A DNA stretch of 63,930 nucleotides, the filler included, from Thermodesulfobacteriota bacterium (GTDB taxonomy: Bacteria > DASVDK01): NCBI GenBank assembly GCA_036381125.1. It is 5 parts of 5 records of this genome, joined end to end, with 100 filler letters (N's around TTAATTAATTAA, not from the genome) between each part and the next. Parts side by side here need not be neighbours in the genome. Positions count along the whole stretch, not along the records: positions 1 to 24,819 come from DASVDK010000062.1; 4 more parts are not named here. The stretch is one strand, 5' to 3'. The position numbers were made by a program, and so were the translations under genes. The notes under the pieces are model-generated. The model ran no database searches and was not told the origin of the DNA. It saw nothing but the letters and a program-made list of their open reading frames with translations. Position 1 is the stretch's first letter; each line of letters begins with the position of its first letter. This document shows, piece after piece, positions 1 to 8,625 of this stretch.

Positions 1-411
1 CTCGCCCCGGAGGCCGCCCGGCGCGGCGTCTCGATCGTCGTCGAGCCGGCGCCGCCGGTCCTGGTCCGGGCCACGGCCGACGCCGTCGCCGTCATCATCG
101 GCAACCTCCTCGACAACGCCGTGAAGTTCTCTCCGCCGGGAGGGCGGGTGGCCGTCCACCTCGACGCCCGAGGGGGCCGCGGCCGGGTTGCCGTGGCCGA
201 TCAGGGTCCCGGGATCGCGCCGGGGGATCGCGCACGGGTCTTCGAGCGCTTCTACCGCGGCGACCCCTCGCGCGCCCCCGGATCGCCCGGCGTCGGCCTC
301 GGCCTCGCCATCGCGCAGGCGCTCGCGCGCGCCCACGGCGGCCGCATCGAGGTGGGCGACACGCCGGGCGGAGGGGCCACCTTCACCCTCGACCTCCCGC
401 TCGCGGCCTGA
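1..411 (+). CDS. Sensor histidine kinase, C-terminal HATPase domain (5' partial)
   Basis: Frame open from base 1; N box (IIGNLLDNAVKFS), G1 (DQGPGI), F box (FERFYR) and G2 (GVGLGLAI) motifs; TGA at 409-411. Confidence 0.92.
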   Translation, partial: LAPEAARRGVSIVVEPAPPVLVRATADAVAVIIGNLLDNAVKFSPPGGRVAVHLDARGGRGRVAVADQGPGIAPGDRARVFERFYRGDPSRAPGSPGVGLGLAIAQALARAHGGRIEVGDTPGGGATFTLDLPLAA

Positions 412-424
412 GCGGCGGGCCGTT

Positions 425-458
425 CTTCAGGATTCCTTCAGGCGGCCGGGGGTAGGCT
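425..458 (+). promoter_or_regulatory. Putative OmpR/PhoB-family response regulator site plus -10 element
   Basis: CTTCAGG direct repeat at 425-431 and 436-442 (11-bp period), then TAGGCT at 453-458; lies between the kinase and the next operon. Confidence 0.55.
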
Positions 459-502
459 CACCCCGTCGTGAGCAGGCCTCGCCTGCCAGGAGGATCCTTT
501 CG

Positions 503-1012
503 ATGAGCCCAGTACACCTGCACCTCGTCCTCAACCACCTGCCGGCGATCGGCGTCCTCTTCGCCGGCGCCCTGTTCGTCGTCGCCCTGTTCATGCGCAG
601 CGCCCCGTTCCAGCGCGTCGCGCTCTGGTTCCTCGTCCTCTCCGCCCTCGCGGCCGTCCCCGTCTACCTGACCGGCGAGTCGGCCGAGGAGGCCGTCGAG
701 CACCTGCCCGGCGTCGCCGAGACGCTGATCGAGCGGCACGAGGAGGCGGCCGGCGTGACGTTCACCACCATGGAGGTGCTCGGCGGGGTCGCGCTCCTCG
801 CCGCCCTGATCTTCCGGAAGGCGCGCGAGGTGCCCCGGGTGGTCGCGGCCGGGCTCGTGGCGCTCGTCGTCGCCACCTCGGGGCTCTTCACCTGGACCGG
901 GTACCTCGGCGGCCAGATCCGGCACGCCGAGATCCGCTCGGACACCGCTCTCGCCGACGCGGGCGGGGCTGGGGAGGACGGCAGCGGCGGGGAGGATCGG
1001 GACGATGACTAG
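503..1012 (+). CDS. DUF2231-like 4-TM membrane protein (paralog 1)
   Basis: AGGAGG SD then ATG 503; HLVLNHLP N-terminal motif, four hydrophobic helices, conserved IERHEE and GYLGGQIRH. Confidence 0.8.
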   Translation: MSPVHLHLVLNHLPAIGVLFAGALFVVALFMRSAPFQRVALWFLVLSALAAVPVYLTGESAEEAVEHLPGVAETLIERHEEAAGVTFTTMEVLGGVALLAALIFRKAREVPRVVAAGLVALVVATSGLFTWTGYLGGQIRHAEIRSDTALADAGGAGEDGSGGEDRDDD

Positions 1013-1589
1013 GCGCAAGGCGCTCCGCGCGGCGGGTGCGGTCACGACCCTGCTCGTCCTCGCGCCGGCGGCCGCGTCGGCGGCGCCGGAGCGGTTCGCC
1101 GTGATCCCGGAGGCCTCTCGCGTCGAGTTCGTGAGCGGGACGCAGATGGGCGAGTTCCGCGGCGGCACGGCGGCCGTGACGGGGGAGATCGTCTACGACC
1201 CCGACGACCCGTCGCGCCCGCGGGTGGCGCTTTCGGTCGACGCCGGCCGCCTCGAATCCGACAACGCGGCGCGTGACAAGCACATGCGCGAGCGGGTCCT
1301 CGAGGTGTCCCGCTTTCCGGCGATCACGCTGACCGCGACCACGTTCCGCCCGGCAGGCGAGACGGCGGGGACGCTGGAGGGCCGGCTCGCGCTCCACGGC
1401 GTCGAGCGGCCCCTCGGCGTGCCGGTCCGCTTCGCCCGGGAAGGGGCGGCCCTGCGCGCCGACGCGCGGTTCGATCTGGCGCTCGCGGACTTCGGCATGA
1501 CGCCGCCCCGCCTGCTCGGCCTCAAGGTCCGCGACACGGTGACCGTCCTGGCCCGCATCGTGGCCGGGCCGGTACGAGCCGCCCGATGA
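1005..1589 (+). CDS. YceI-family (lipid/polyisoprenoid-binding) secreted protein
   Basis: Signal peptide; SRVEF, SDNAARDKHMR, FPAI, GRLALHGV and ADFGM motifs typical of YceI. Confidence 0.88.
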   Translation: MTRRKALRAAGAVTTLLVLAPAAASAAPERFAVIPEASRVEFVSGTQMGEFRGGTAAVTGEIVYDPDDPSRPRVALSVDAGRLESDNAARDKHMRERVLEVSRFPAITLTATTFRPAGETAGTLEGRLALHGVERPLGVPVRFAREGAALRADARFDLALADFGMTPPRLLGLKVRDTVTVLARIVAGPVRAAR

Positions 1590-2314
1590 TCGGCCGCGAC
1601 CTGCCCGTCGCCCTCGCGACCCTGCTGGTCGCCGCCCTCCTGGGGCTCGGCGCCGTCGCGGCCGCCGCGCGCGACCGGGAGGCCGAATGGGGGCGCGTGG
1701 GGCGCGGCCGGCCGGCGCCGCCCGCGGACGACGTGGTCGTCGACTTCCCCGCGCGCGACGCGGAGAACCCGGGCCGCGTCGCCTTCAGCCACGTGCGGCA
1801 CTTCGGCGCGCTCGGCGAGAAGGCCTGCACGACCTGCCACTCGCCGGAGATGGGCCTCCTCACGAGTCCCGCCTACGCGAGCCGCGCGGCCGATCCCGCG
1901 CTGGAGCCGCACGCGCCGGCCTCCCTCGGCCGCTACTGCGCCACCTGCCACAACGGGACGACGCGACTCTCGCAGGTGGGAGTCCTTGCCGGGCGGGTGG
2001 ACCGGCCGATCTTCACGGCGGCCCGCGGCGGCAGCCTCGCGAGCTGCCAGCGCTGCCACGCCCCGTCCGACCACGGCGCCGACTTCACGAGGCGCCACGA
2101 GGACGTGGCCGAGCGCGTAGGGGCGCAGGCGTGCGCGGGGTGCCACCGGCAGGACTGGGGGACCCGCGACCGGCAGGCCCAGACCGCCCTGCTCGCCGCG
2201 GAGCGGGCCCTCGCCGCGAACCCCGAGGACGCCGTCGCCGCGCGCGTCGTCGGCCCCGACAACTTCTGCGTCTACTGCCACCGTGCCGACGGGAAGTGGC
2301 TCGAGCGGGACTAG
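1586..2314 (+). CDS. Pentaheme c-type cytochrome with c7-like N-terminal domain
   Basis: Signal peptide; FSHVRH motif; five CxxCH (CTTCH, CATCH, CQRCH, CAGCH, CVYCH); ATGA overlap with the YceI stop. Confidence 0.88.
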   Translation: MIGRDLPVALATLLVAALLGLGAVAAAARDREAEWGRVGRGRPAPPADDVVVDFPARDAENPGRVAFSHVRHFGALGEKACTTCHSPEMGLLTSPAYASRAADPALEPHAPASLGRYCATCHNGTTRLSQVGVLAGRVDRPIFTAARGGSLASCQRCHAPSDHGADFTRRHEDVAERVGAQACAGCHRQDWGTRDRQAQTALLAAERALAANPEDAVAARVVGPDNFCVYCHRADGKWLERD

Positions 2315-2343
2315 CCTCGCGTCGAGCCCCGACGGCTCCCCGT

Positions 2344-2418
2344 TGGAAAATGGAAAGACCTGACCCCATGGAAAATGGAAAGACCTGACCCCATGGAAAA
2401 CGAGAGGGGTCAGGCCCC
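2344..2418. repeat. REP-like intergenic repeat, copy 1
   Basis: Two exact tandem 25-mers TGGAAAATGGAAAGACCTGACCCCA (2344-2368, 2369-2393), a partial third, then inverted GGGGTCAGGCCCC (2406-2418); between convergent genes. Confidence 0.8.
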
Positions 2419-3405
2419 AACGTTTTCCCGAACGGTGCCGAGGCCCAGGCCGGCCAGAACCGCCAGTGACACCGCCAGGCCAGTGAGGTTCTCGAGGGAA
2501 TCGGCCGCCGCATCCAGGTCGCCGCCCACGGCGTAGCCGAGGCCCAGGTAGGCGGAGGTCCACATCAGGCGCCCGATAACGGCGAACGCCAGGAACTGCG
2601 GCAACCGACACCGGCTCACGCCGCACAGCACGTTCACCACCGAGCTGAGATGCGAGACGAGCGTGCGACTCAGGAGCACCGTCAGGATGCCCCACCGGTC
2701 GAGGAGTCGCTGAACGCGCGCCCGCCCTGCGGGTGTGTACCCGAACCAGCGCCCCCGCCGTTCCAGGAACTCCCCGCCCAGCACCCGCCCGAGACCGTAG
2801 CCGGCCAGATCGCCGAGCACCGAGGCCGTCACGGCGACGGTGCTTGCTCCCAGCCAGCTCATGCGTGCCTGAGCGACCAGTGAACCGGCAACGGCCGCCG
2901 ACAGTCCAGTGGGCAGCGGCAGGCCCACCGCCCCCAGCAGCAGCGTCAGCCCCAGAGCCGGGTACCGGTACACGAGCAGCGCCGCGAGCAACTCACCGCC
3001 GATCGTGCCCAGCCAGCCCGGGGACGTGTCGTCGCGATTGGTCGTCACGGCCGGTGCGACGTCAACGACCGCTCGCTGCACCCGCCGCACGTACTCGAAC
3101 GGCGAAAGTCCTTCCCGTTCCGCGAGGGCTCTCAGGCTCGTGTCGGGGCGCGTTTCCGGTGCCAGCTCGAGGCGTGCGATCACGGCTGCCTCGGACGCGC
3201 CGTACGTGCCGGCAACGTAGCGAAGCGTCATCCAGGGTCGGATGCTGCTGACATCCGGCGCGCCCACCTGGTATGCCGAGCGCAGCAGCAACAGCGAGTG
3301 GTAGGCGCGGAGCGCGAAGATCACGGTCGCGAGTGTGGCGACCATGACGAGCGCAAGGCGGACCCGATGGAGCCAACGGGAGCGAGCCCGGGTGACGGCA
3401 GCCAC
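2410..3405 (-). CDS. DedA/VTT-domain membrane protein with extra N-terminal domain
   Basis: GGAGGG SD then GTG 3405; GLPLP, SVLGDLAGYGLGR, LLSR and YLGLGYAVG DedA motifs; N-terminal IRPWMTLRYVA domain. Confidence 0.82.
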   Translation of the reverse strand: MAAVTRARSRWLHRVRLALVMVATLATVIFALRAYHSLLLLRSAYQVGAPDVSSIRPWMTLRYVAGTYGASEAAVIARLELAPETRPDTSLRALAEREGLSPFEYVRRVQRAVVDVAPAVTTNRDDTSPGWLGTIGGELLAALLVYRYPALGLTLLLGAVGLPLPTGLSAAVAGSLVAQARMSWLGASTVAVTASVLGDLAGYGLGRVLGGEFLERRGRWFGYTPAGRARVQRLLDRWGILTVLLSRTLVSHLSSVVNVLCGVSRCRLPQFLAFAVIGRLMWTSAYLGLGYAVGGDLDAAADSLENLTGLAVSLAVLAGLGLGTVRENVGA

Positions 3406-3683
3406 CTCGCCCTCCTGAAGGTTCCCCGCGATCGGTTGGCCCCCCGCAGACCTGACGCGTGCCGGACCAACGGCGCCCTGGTACCAGCCGAATAGCCGGG
3501 CCGAGCGCCGCCTGGCTTCGGAGGCCGCCGGCGTTCGGCATACCCGAGCCGAGCGAGCCGCGCACGGGCCGGCGGCCTGCTCCGGGCTCGCGCCACGTGC
3601 CGGCGGCGGTCCAGCGGGCGGCGTGGGCGCGCGACGGGGGAATCGCCTGGACGCCCGGATGGCAGGCAGACCAGATGCGTGCG

Positions 3684-4901
3684 TTACTGCGGCGGGTGGC
3701 AGTCGGGCAGCGGGACCGGGGCGGCCGACGCCGTCGACAGGTCGCCGGCGGAGCCGGCGTCCGGGAGCCGCGTGTCGTCGCGCGGTCCGGGCGGCCAGCC
3801 GGCCGGCACGTACGCGCAGAGCGGGTCGGCCTCGAGGACGTCGCCGGTCATGGCGTACGCCCGCGCGCGGCTGCCGCCGCAGACCTGCTTGAACTCGCAG
3901 ACGCCGCACTTCCCCTTGAGGCGCGACCGGTCGCGCAGCGTCCGGAAGAGACGCGCGTTCCGGTAGACGTCGACGAGGTCGTCGGTGCGGACGTTTCCGG
4001 CCGACACGGGGAGGAAGCCCGAGGGGAAGATCTTCCCCGTGTGGCTCACGAAGACGAAGCCGTCGCCGTCGTTGACGCCGCGCGCCCGCGCGATGCCGTC
4101 GGGCGCGGAGAAGCCGCGCTGCGCGGGGCGCCGGCCGGCCTCGCCCTCGGCTCGCCGCCGCGCCGCCTCGCGCTGGATGACGACGCGCCGGTACTGCGGC
4201 GCCGCGGTGCTCTTCACGTCGAAGGGGGCGACGAGCGAGAGGTCGTACATCCGGTGGAAGATCGCCTCGAACTGCTCCGGCGTCGCCATCAGCTCCGGCC
4301 GCGCGCGTCCCGTCGGGACGACGAAGAAGACCGACCACATGGCGATGCCGAGCCCGGTCATCAGGGCCGCGAGCGCCTCGAAGTCGTCCACGTTGCCGGC
4401 GTTCACCGTGGTGTTCACCTGGGTCGACACCCCGAGGTCGCGCGCGGCGCGCAGCATGGCGATCGTCCAGTCGTACGACCCCTCGACGCCCCGGAACGCG
4501 TCGTGGATCGCCGCGGTCGACCCGTCGAGGCTCACCGCCAGCCTCGCGAGGCCGGCGTCCCGGAGGCGGCGGATCACCTCCGGCGTCATGAGCGGCGTGC
4601 CGGAGGGGGTCATCGCCATGCGCAGGCCGAGCGAGGCGCCGTACGCCACCAGGTCGATCGCGTCGTCGCGCTTGAGCGGGTCGCCGCCGGTCAGGACGAC
4701 CAGCGGCGAGCCGAAGCGGCGGATGTCGCGCAGGAGCCGCCGCGCCTCCTCGGTGGTCAGCTCGTTCGGGTGCCGGCGCGTGATCGCGCAGGCGCGGCAG
4801 TGCCGGCAGGCGAGGTCGCAGGCGCGCGTCATCTCCCAGATCACCACAAAGGGCGCCTGCGAGAAGTCGAGCGGCAGCCGGGGTGGCCTCGTGCCGGTCA
4901 T
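3684..4901 (-). CDS. Radical SAM/SPASM protein, TIGR04053/AhbD-like (putative heme b synthase)
   Basis: WEMTRACDLACRHCRA CxxxCxxC motif, LTGGDPL, C-terminal CGVCEFKQVCGGSRARA...DPLC; directly downstream of ahbC. Confidence 0.75.
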   Translation of the reverse strand: MTGTRPPRLPLDFSQAPFVVIWEMTRACDLACRHCRACAITRRHPNELTTEEARRLLRDIRRFGSPLVVLTGGDPLKRDDAIDLVAYGASLGLRMAMTPSGTPLMTPEVIRRLRDAGLARLAVSLDGSTAAIHDAFRGVEGSYDWTIAMLRAARDLGVSTQVNTTVNAGNVDDFEALAALMTGLGIAMWSVFFVVPTGRARPELMATPEQFEAIFHRMYDLSLVAPFDVKSTAAPQYRRVVIQREAARRRAEGEAGRRPAQRGFSAPDGIARARGVNDGDGFVFVSHTGKIFPSGFLPVSAGNVRTDDLVDVYRNARLFRTLRDRSRLKGKCGVCEFKQVCGGSRARAYAMTGDVLEADPLCAYVPAGWPPGPRDDTRLPDAGSAGDLSTASAAPVPLPDCHPPQ

Positions 4902-4914
4902 CCCCACACCCCCG

Positions 4915-6156
4915 TCACGCATGCGCCGCGAACGGCTCCCGAACCCGGGAGCCGGGCACGAGACCGCACTCGGCGTCGGTCAGGTAGCAGGCCGGGTCCT
5001 CGGCCCACGGGTCGCCGTGCGCGGCCAGCGCCCGCACCCGGAAGCCGCCCCCGCACACGTCGAGCCACTGGCAGGCGCCGCACCGGCCGCCGAGCCGGCC
5101 CGCCCGGCTGCGAAGCTGCGCGAGGAGCGGCAGCGAGCCGTCCTGCCAGATCTCGGAGAAGCGCCGCTCGCGCACGTTGCCGAGCACGGCACTCGACCAG
5201 AACTGGTCGGGGTGGACGTTGCCGAGGAAGTCGACCGCGCCGACCCCGATGCCCGAGCCGTGCAGCCCCCCGCCGTTCCAGGTGAGGAGCGTGAGCGCCT
5301 CGGCGGCCCGCGCGGGGTCCTCCCGGAGGAGGCGCATGTAGATGTAGGGGCCGTCGCACGGGTTGTCCACCGTGAGGACCTCCGTCGCCTTGCCGCGGTC
5401 GGCGAGCGAGCGGGTCCAGTCGAGGATCGCGTCGATCGCGGCGCGCGCCGACGGCGCGTCGAGGGCCTGGTCCCGGGTCCCGCGGCCGCTGTCGACCAGG
5501 TGGTAGAAGCAGACGCGGTCGATTCCCTCGGTCTCGACGAACTCGAAGATCCGCGGTAGCTCGAGGACGTTGTGCCGGGTGAGCGTCATGCGCAGCCCCA
5601 CGCGCTGGCCGACGGCCCGGCAGGCGCGGAAGCCGGCCACGGCCTTCTCGAACGCCCCCTTGTGGCCCCGGAACCGGTCGTTCACGTCGCCGATCCCGTC
5701 GAGGCTGATGCCGACGTAGCCGAGGCCGAACGCCTTGAGCCGCTCTGCCACCTCGGGCGTGATGAGCGTGCCGTTGGTCGAGAGGGTCGTCCGGAGCCGC
5801 CGCGCCTTCGCACGGGCGATGAAGTCGAAGATGTCGGGGCGCATGAGCGGCTCGCCGCCCGAGAGGAGCAGGACCGGGATGCCGAAGTCGGCCAGGTCGT
5901 CGATGAGCGCGAGGCCCTCCTCGGTGGTCAGCTCGCCCGGATAGAACCGGTTGGCCGAGTCGCTGTAGCAGTGCCGGCAGTGGAGGTTGCAGCGACGGCC
6001 CACGTTCCAGACGACCACCGGCCGGCGCTGGGCGGCGGTGGCCGGCCGGTCCGGCAGGACCTCCGAGGGGCGCAGCCCGGCGGTCGACTGCCGCCCGTAC
6101 CGGAGCCCGTCGGCCGGCATGTTGCGCGAGGTGTAAAGGCGAGAGATCCCGATCAT
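4915..6156 (-). CDS. ahbC: Radical SAM protein AhbC/NirJ1 (12,18-didecarboxysiroheme deacetylase)
   Basis: Characteristic MIGISRLY N-terminus after GGAGG SD; WNVGRRCNLHCRHCY, RVCFYHLV, VHPDQFW and CGACQWLDVCGGGFRVRA. Confidence 0.85.
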   Translation of the reverse strand: MIGISRLYTSRNMPADGLRYGRQSTAGLRPSEVLPDRPATAAQRRPVVVWNVGRRCNLHCRHCYSDSANRFYPGELTTEEGLALIDDLADFGIPVLLLSGGEPLMRPDIFDFIARAKARRLRTTLSTNGTLITPEVAERLKAFGLGYVGISLDGIGDVNDRFRGHKGAFEKAVAGFRACRAVGQRVGLRMTLTRHNVLELPRIFEFVETEGIDRVCFYHLVDSGRGTRDQALDAPSARAAIDAILDWTRSLADRGKATEVLTVDNPCDGPYIYMRLLREDPARAAEALTLLTWNGGGLHGSGIGVGAVDFLGNVHPDQFWSSAVLGNVRERRFSEIWQDGSLPLLAQLRSRAGRLGGRCGACQWLDVCGGGFRVRALAAHGDPWAEDPACYLTDAECGLVPGSRVREPFAAHA

Positions 6157-6279
6157 GCGTCCTCCAGGTGAGACGACGTGGCGGCCCCGTGCGGCCCGGC
6201 TTGCACGCGGCACGCCATCCGCCAACTTCGCGAACGTACACGGTTTGCGCAGGCGCTAACTGTACCACGCCCGCCCCGC

Positions 6280-6297
6280 CGGGACATCGGTGCCCCG
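6280..6297. promoter_or_regulatory. Imperfect palindrome, candidate transcription factor site (copy 1)
   Basis: CGGGACATCGGTGCCCCG matches the reverse complement of 7185-7202 at 15/18 positions; in the divergent ahbC / DUF2231 gap, just upstream of a minus-strand TACAGT (6259-6264). Confidence 0.4.
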
Positions 6298-6426
6298 CAA
6301 GCCGGCCGCCAACCGTGCGTCCGGCCGTCGGTGCGCGCTGGCCCGGCCGATGCACCGCCTCGCCGGTGCAGCGAACGGCCTGATCGCGACCCGGCCTGCC
6401 GGACCGCGATCGGAGGGAGAGCCGAG

Positions 6427-6927
6427 ATGACAGCCGCACACGTCCACCTGATCCTTACCCACGTCCCGATCGTCGGGGTCGCCGTCGCCGCTCTGCTCTT
6501 CGTGGTGGCCTGGCGGATGCGCAGCGCCCCCTTCCAGCGCGTCGCCCTCTCGTTCGTCGTCCTCTTCGCGCTGCTCACCATTCCGCTCTACTTCACGGGC
6601 GAGGCGGCGGAGGAGGTCGTCGAGCGGATGCCCGGCGTGTCCGAGCCGCTGATCGAGGAGCACGAGGAGGCGGGAGGGGTCTCGTTCATTGCCGTGGAGG
6701 TGCTCGGCGCGGTAGCCCTCCTCGGGGCCCTCGCCTTTCGCAGGCGGCCCGGCATCCCGGCGGCCTTCTCGACCGTCATCGTCGTCCTCTCGCTCGTCTC
6801 GATCGGCCTCCTCGTGTACACGGGCTCCCTGGGCGGCCAGATACGGCGACCCGAGCTGCGCGCGGAGGGCGCCGCCGCAGACGTCGGGCACGCGCAGCCC
6901 GCTCGGGACGGCGAGGACGACGACTGA
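6427..6927 (+). CDS. DUF2231-like 4-TM membrane protein (paralog 2)
   Basis: GGAGGGAG SD then ATG 6427; aligns end to end with 503-1012 (HLILTHVP, MRSAPFQRVAL, IEEHEEA, LGGQIR). Confidence 0.8.
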   Translation: MTAAHVHLILTHVPIVGVAVAALLFVVAWRMRSAPFQRVALSFVVLFALLTIPLYFTGEAAEEVVERMPGVSEPLIEEHEEAGGVSFIAVEVLGAVALLGALAFRRRPGIPAAFSTVIVVLSLVSIGLLVYTGSLGGQIRRPELRAEGAAADVGHAQPARDGEDDD

Positions 6928-6946
6928 CGCCGGCAGCCGCCGCCGC

Positions 6947-7140
6947 TCACCGGGCACCGTCGGGCGAGACGTACGGCGCCGCCTCGCTCCAGCGCGCAAG
7001 GCCCTGCGGGTCGACGACGAGGACCCGGGCCCGCTCGAGCCTGACGACGCCGTCGCGCTCGAGGGTCTTCAGCGCCCGCTGGACGACCTCGCGTACCGAC
7101 CCGGTCATGGCCGCGATAAGACGTCCGGCGCGACCGCCAT
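6947..7140 (-). pseudogene. Crp/Fnr-family regulator remnant with internal deletion
   Basis: GGAGGA SD plus ATG (7140) gives MAVAPDVL, joined out of frame to a Crp-type HTH C-terminus (IAAMTGSVREVVQRALKTLERDGVV...VDPQGL); no effector domain. Confidence 0.7.
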
Positions 7141-7184
7141 CCCTGCGTCCTCCGGGGAGCGCCCATGGTGTAGCGCGGTGCCGG

Positions 7185-7274
7185 CGCGACATCGATGTCC
7201 CGGCCCGGGGCGCCGCCGCCCCGGTCGCGAGGCCCCCCGGCCAGACGGAGCGCCGCCAGGGGAGCGATGTCGCG
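7185..7274. promoter_or_regulatory. Imperfect palindromes, candidate transcription factor sites (copies 2 and 3)
   Basis: CGCGACATCGATGTCCCG (7185-7202) and CAGGGGAGCGATGTCGCG (7257-7274) in the divergent crp-remnant / hlyD gap. Confidence 0.4.
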
Positions 7275-7434
7275 CCGGTCTTGCCGCCGCCGCCGCGGGC
7301 GCTCTCCTTGCACACCGTACGTGTGCGGATCTCGTGGCGCCTTCTGCGACCGAAGTCGCGGAGAGGCGCGTCCGTGTGCCCTATCGTGTGCGGCGAGGCA
7401 GTCGGGGACCAACGGAATGAAATGGGCTGCCACG

Positions 7435-8625
7435 ATGGCACGGCGCAGGCGGCTGCTGGCCCTCGCGGCGGCGGCGCTGTTCGCCCTGGGCGGCACGCTG
7501 GCCTGGCGCTGGTGGAGCCGCTCGCCCGAGGGCGTCCTGCTCGCATCGGGCACCATCGAGGCGACCGAGGTCGACGTCAACACCAGGGTCGCAGGCCGGG
7601 TCCTCGAGCGGCCGGTCGACGAAGGCGACTGGCTCGAGCCGGGCATGCTCGTGGCGCGCCTCGAGAGCGCCGAGCTGCAGGCCGAGGTGGAGCGGCTGCG
7701 GGCCTCGCTCGCCGCGACCCGAACCCGGCTGCCCCAGCTCCGCACGGAGATCGACCTCAAGGATCGGCTCGCGCGGGCCGGTATCGATCAGGCGAGGGCC
7801 GACCTGGCGGCCCGAGAGGCGCGCCTCGCCGAGCTGCGGAGCGGCGCCCGCCGCCAGGAGGAGCAGATGGCCGCAGCGCAGGCGCGCGAGGCCGAGGCGA
7901 ACCTCGTGAACGCGCGTGCCGAGTTCGAGCGGCAGGAGGCGCTCTTCGAGGAGAGGATCATCGCCCGGCAGGCGCTCGACCGGGCGCGCACCGCCTTCGA
8001 CGTCGCCGCCGAGCGGCACCGCAACGCCCTCGAGCGGCTCGACCTCGTGAGGGAGGGGCCGCGTCAGGAGGAGATCCGCCGGGCCGAGGCCGAGGTCCGG
8101 CAGGCGGCCGCCGCCCTGCGTCTGGCCGAGACGGGCGAGATCGAGGTCGTGCGGGCGCGCCAGGAGCTCGAGACGCTGAAGGCGCAGATCGCCCGCGACG
8201 AGGCGGCGCTCCAGGCGGCGCTCGTCCAGCTCGAGTACACGGTGCTCCGGAGCCCCCGGCGCGGCGTCGTCCTGCGCGAGCACGTCGAGCCGGGCGAGGT
8301 CATCGCCGCCGGCACGCCGGTCGTGACCATCGCCGACCTGCAGGACGTGTGGCTCAAGATCTACGTCCCCGAGCCGCAGCTCGGCCGGGTGAAGCTCGGC
8401 CAGACGGCCGAGGTCACGACCGACTCCTACCCGGGCAAGGTGTACCGGGGGACCGTGACGTTCGTCAGCGCCGAGGCGGAGTTCACCCCGAAGAACGTTC
8501 AGACCCAGGAGGAGCGGGTGAAGCTCGTCTTCGCCGTGAAGATCACCCTGGACAACCCGGACCAGGAGCTGAAGCCGGGCATGCCGGCCGACGCCCGGGT
8601 CCTCATCGAGGAGACGACGTCATGA
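7435..8625 (+). CDS. HlyD-family membrane fusion protein (YbhG-like)
   Basis: N-terminal TM helix, ASGTIEATEV, long coiled coil, AEFTPKNVQT and LKPGMPAD motifs; alternative start at 7417. Confidence 0.9.
   Translation: MARRRRLLALAAAALFALGGTLAWRWWSRSPEGVLLASGTIEATEVDVNTRVAGRVLERPVDEGDWLEPGMLVARLESAELQAEVERLRASLAATRTRLPQLRTEIDLKDRLARAGIDQARADLAAREARLAELRSGARRQEEQMAAAQAREAEANLVNARAEFERQEALFEERIIARQALDRARTAFDVAAERHRNALERLDLVREGPRQEEIRRAEAEVRQAAAALRLAETGEIEVVRARQELETLKAQIARDEAALQAALVQLEYTVLRSPRRGVVLREHVEPGEVIAAGTPVVTIADLQDVWLKIYVPEPQLGRVKLGQTAEVTTDSYPGKVYRGTVTFVSAEAEFTPKNVQTQEERVKLVFAVKITLDNPDQELKPGMPADARVLIEETTS

Noticed and set aside
2344-2400. 25-bp direct repeats as a mini-CRISPR
   Set aside because: Units are directly tandem with no spacers, and there are no cas genes.
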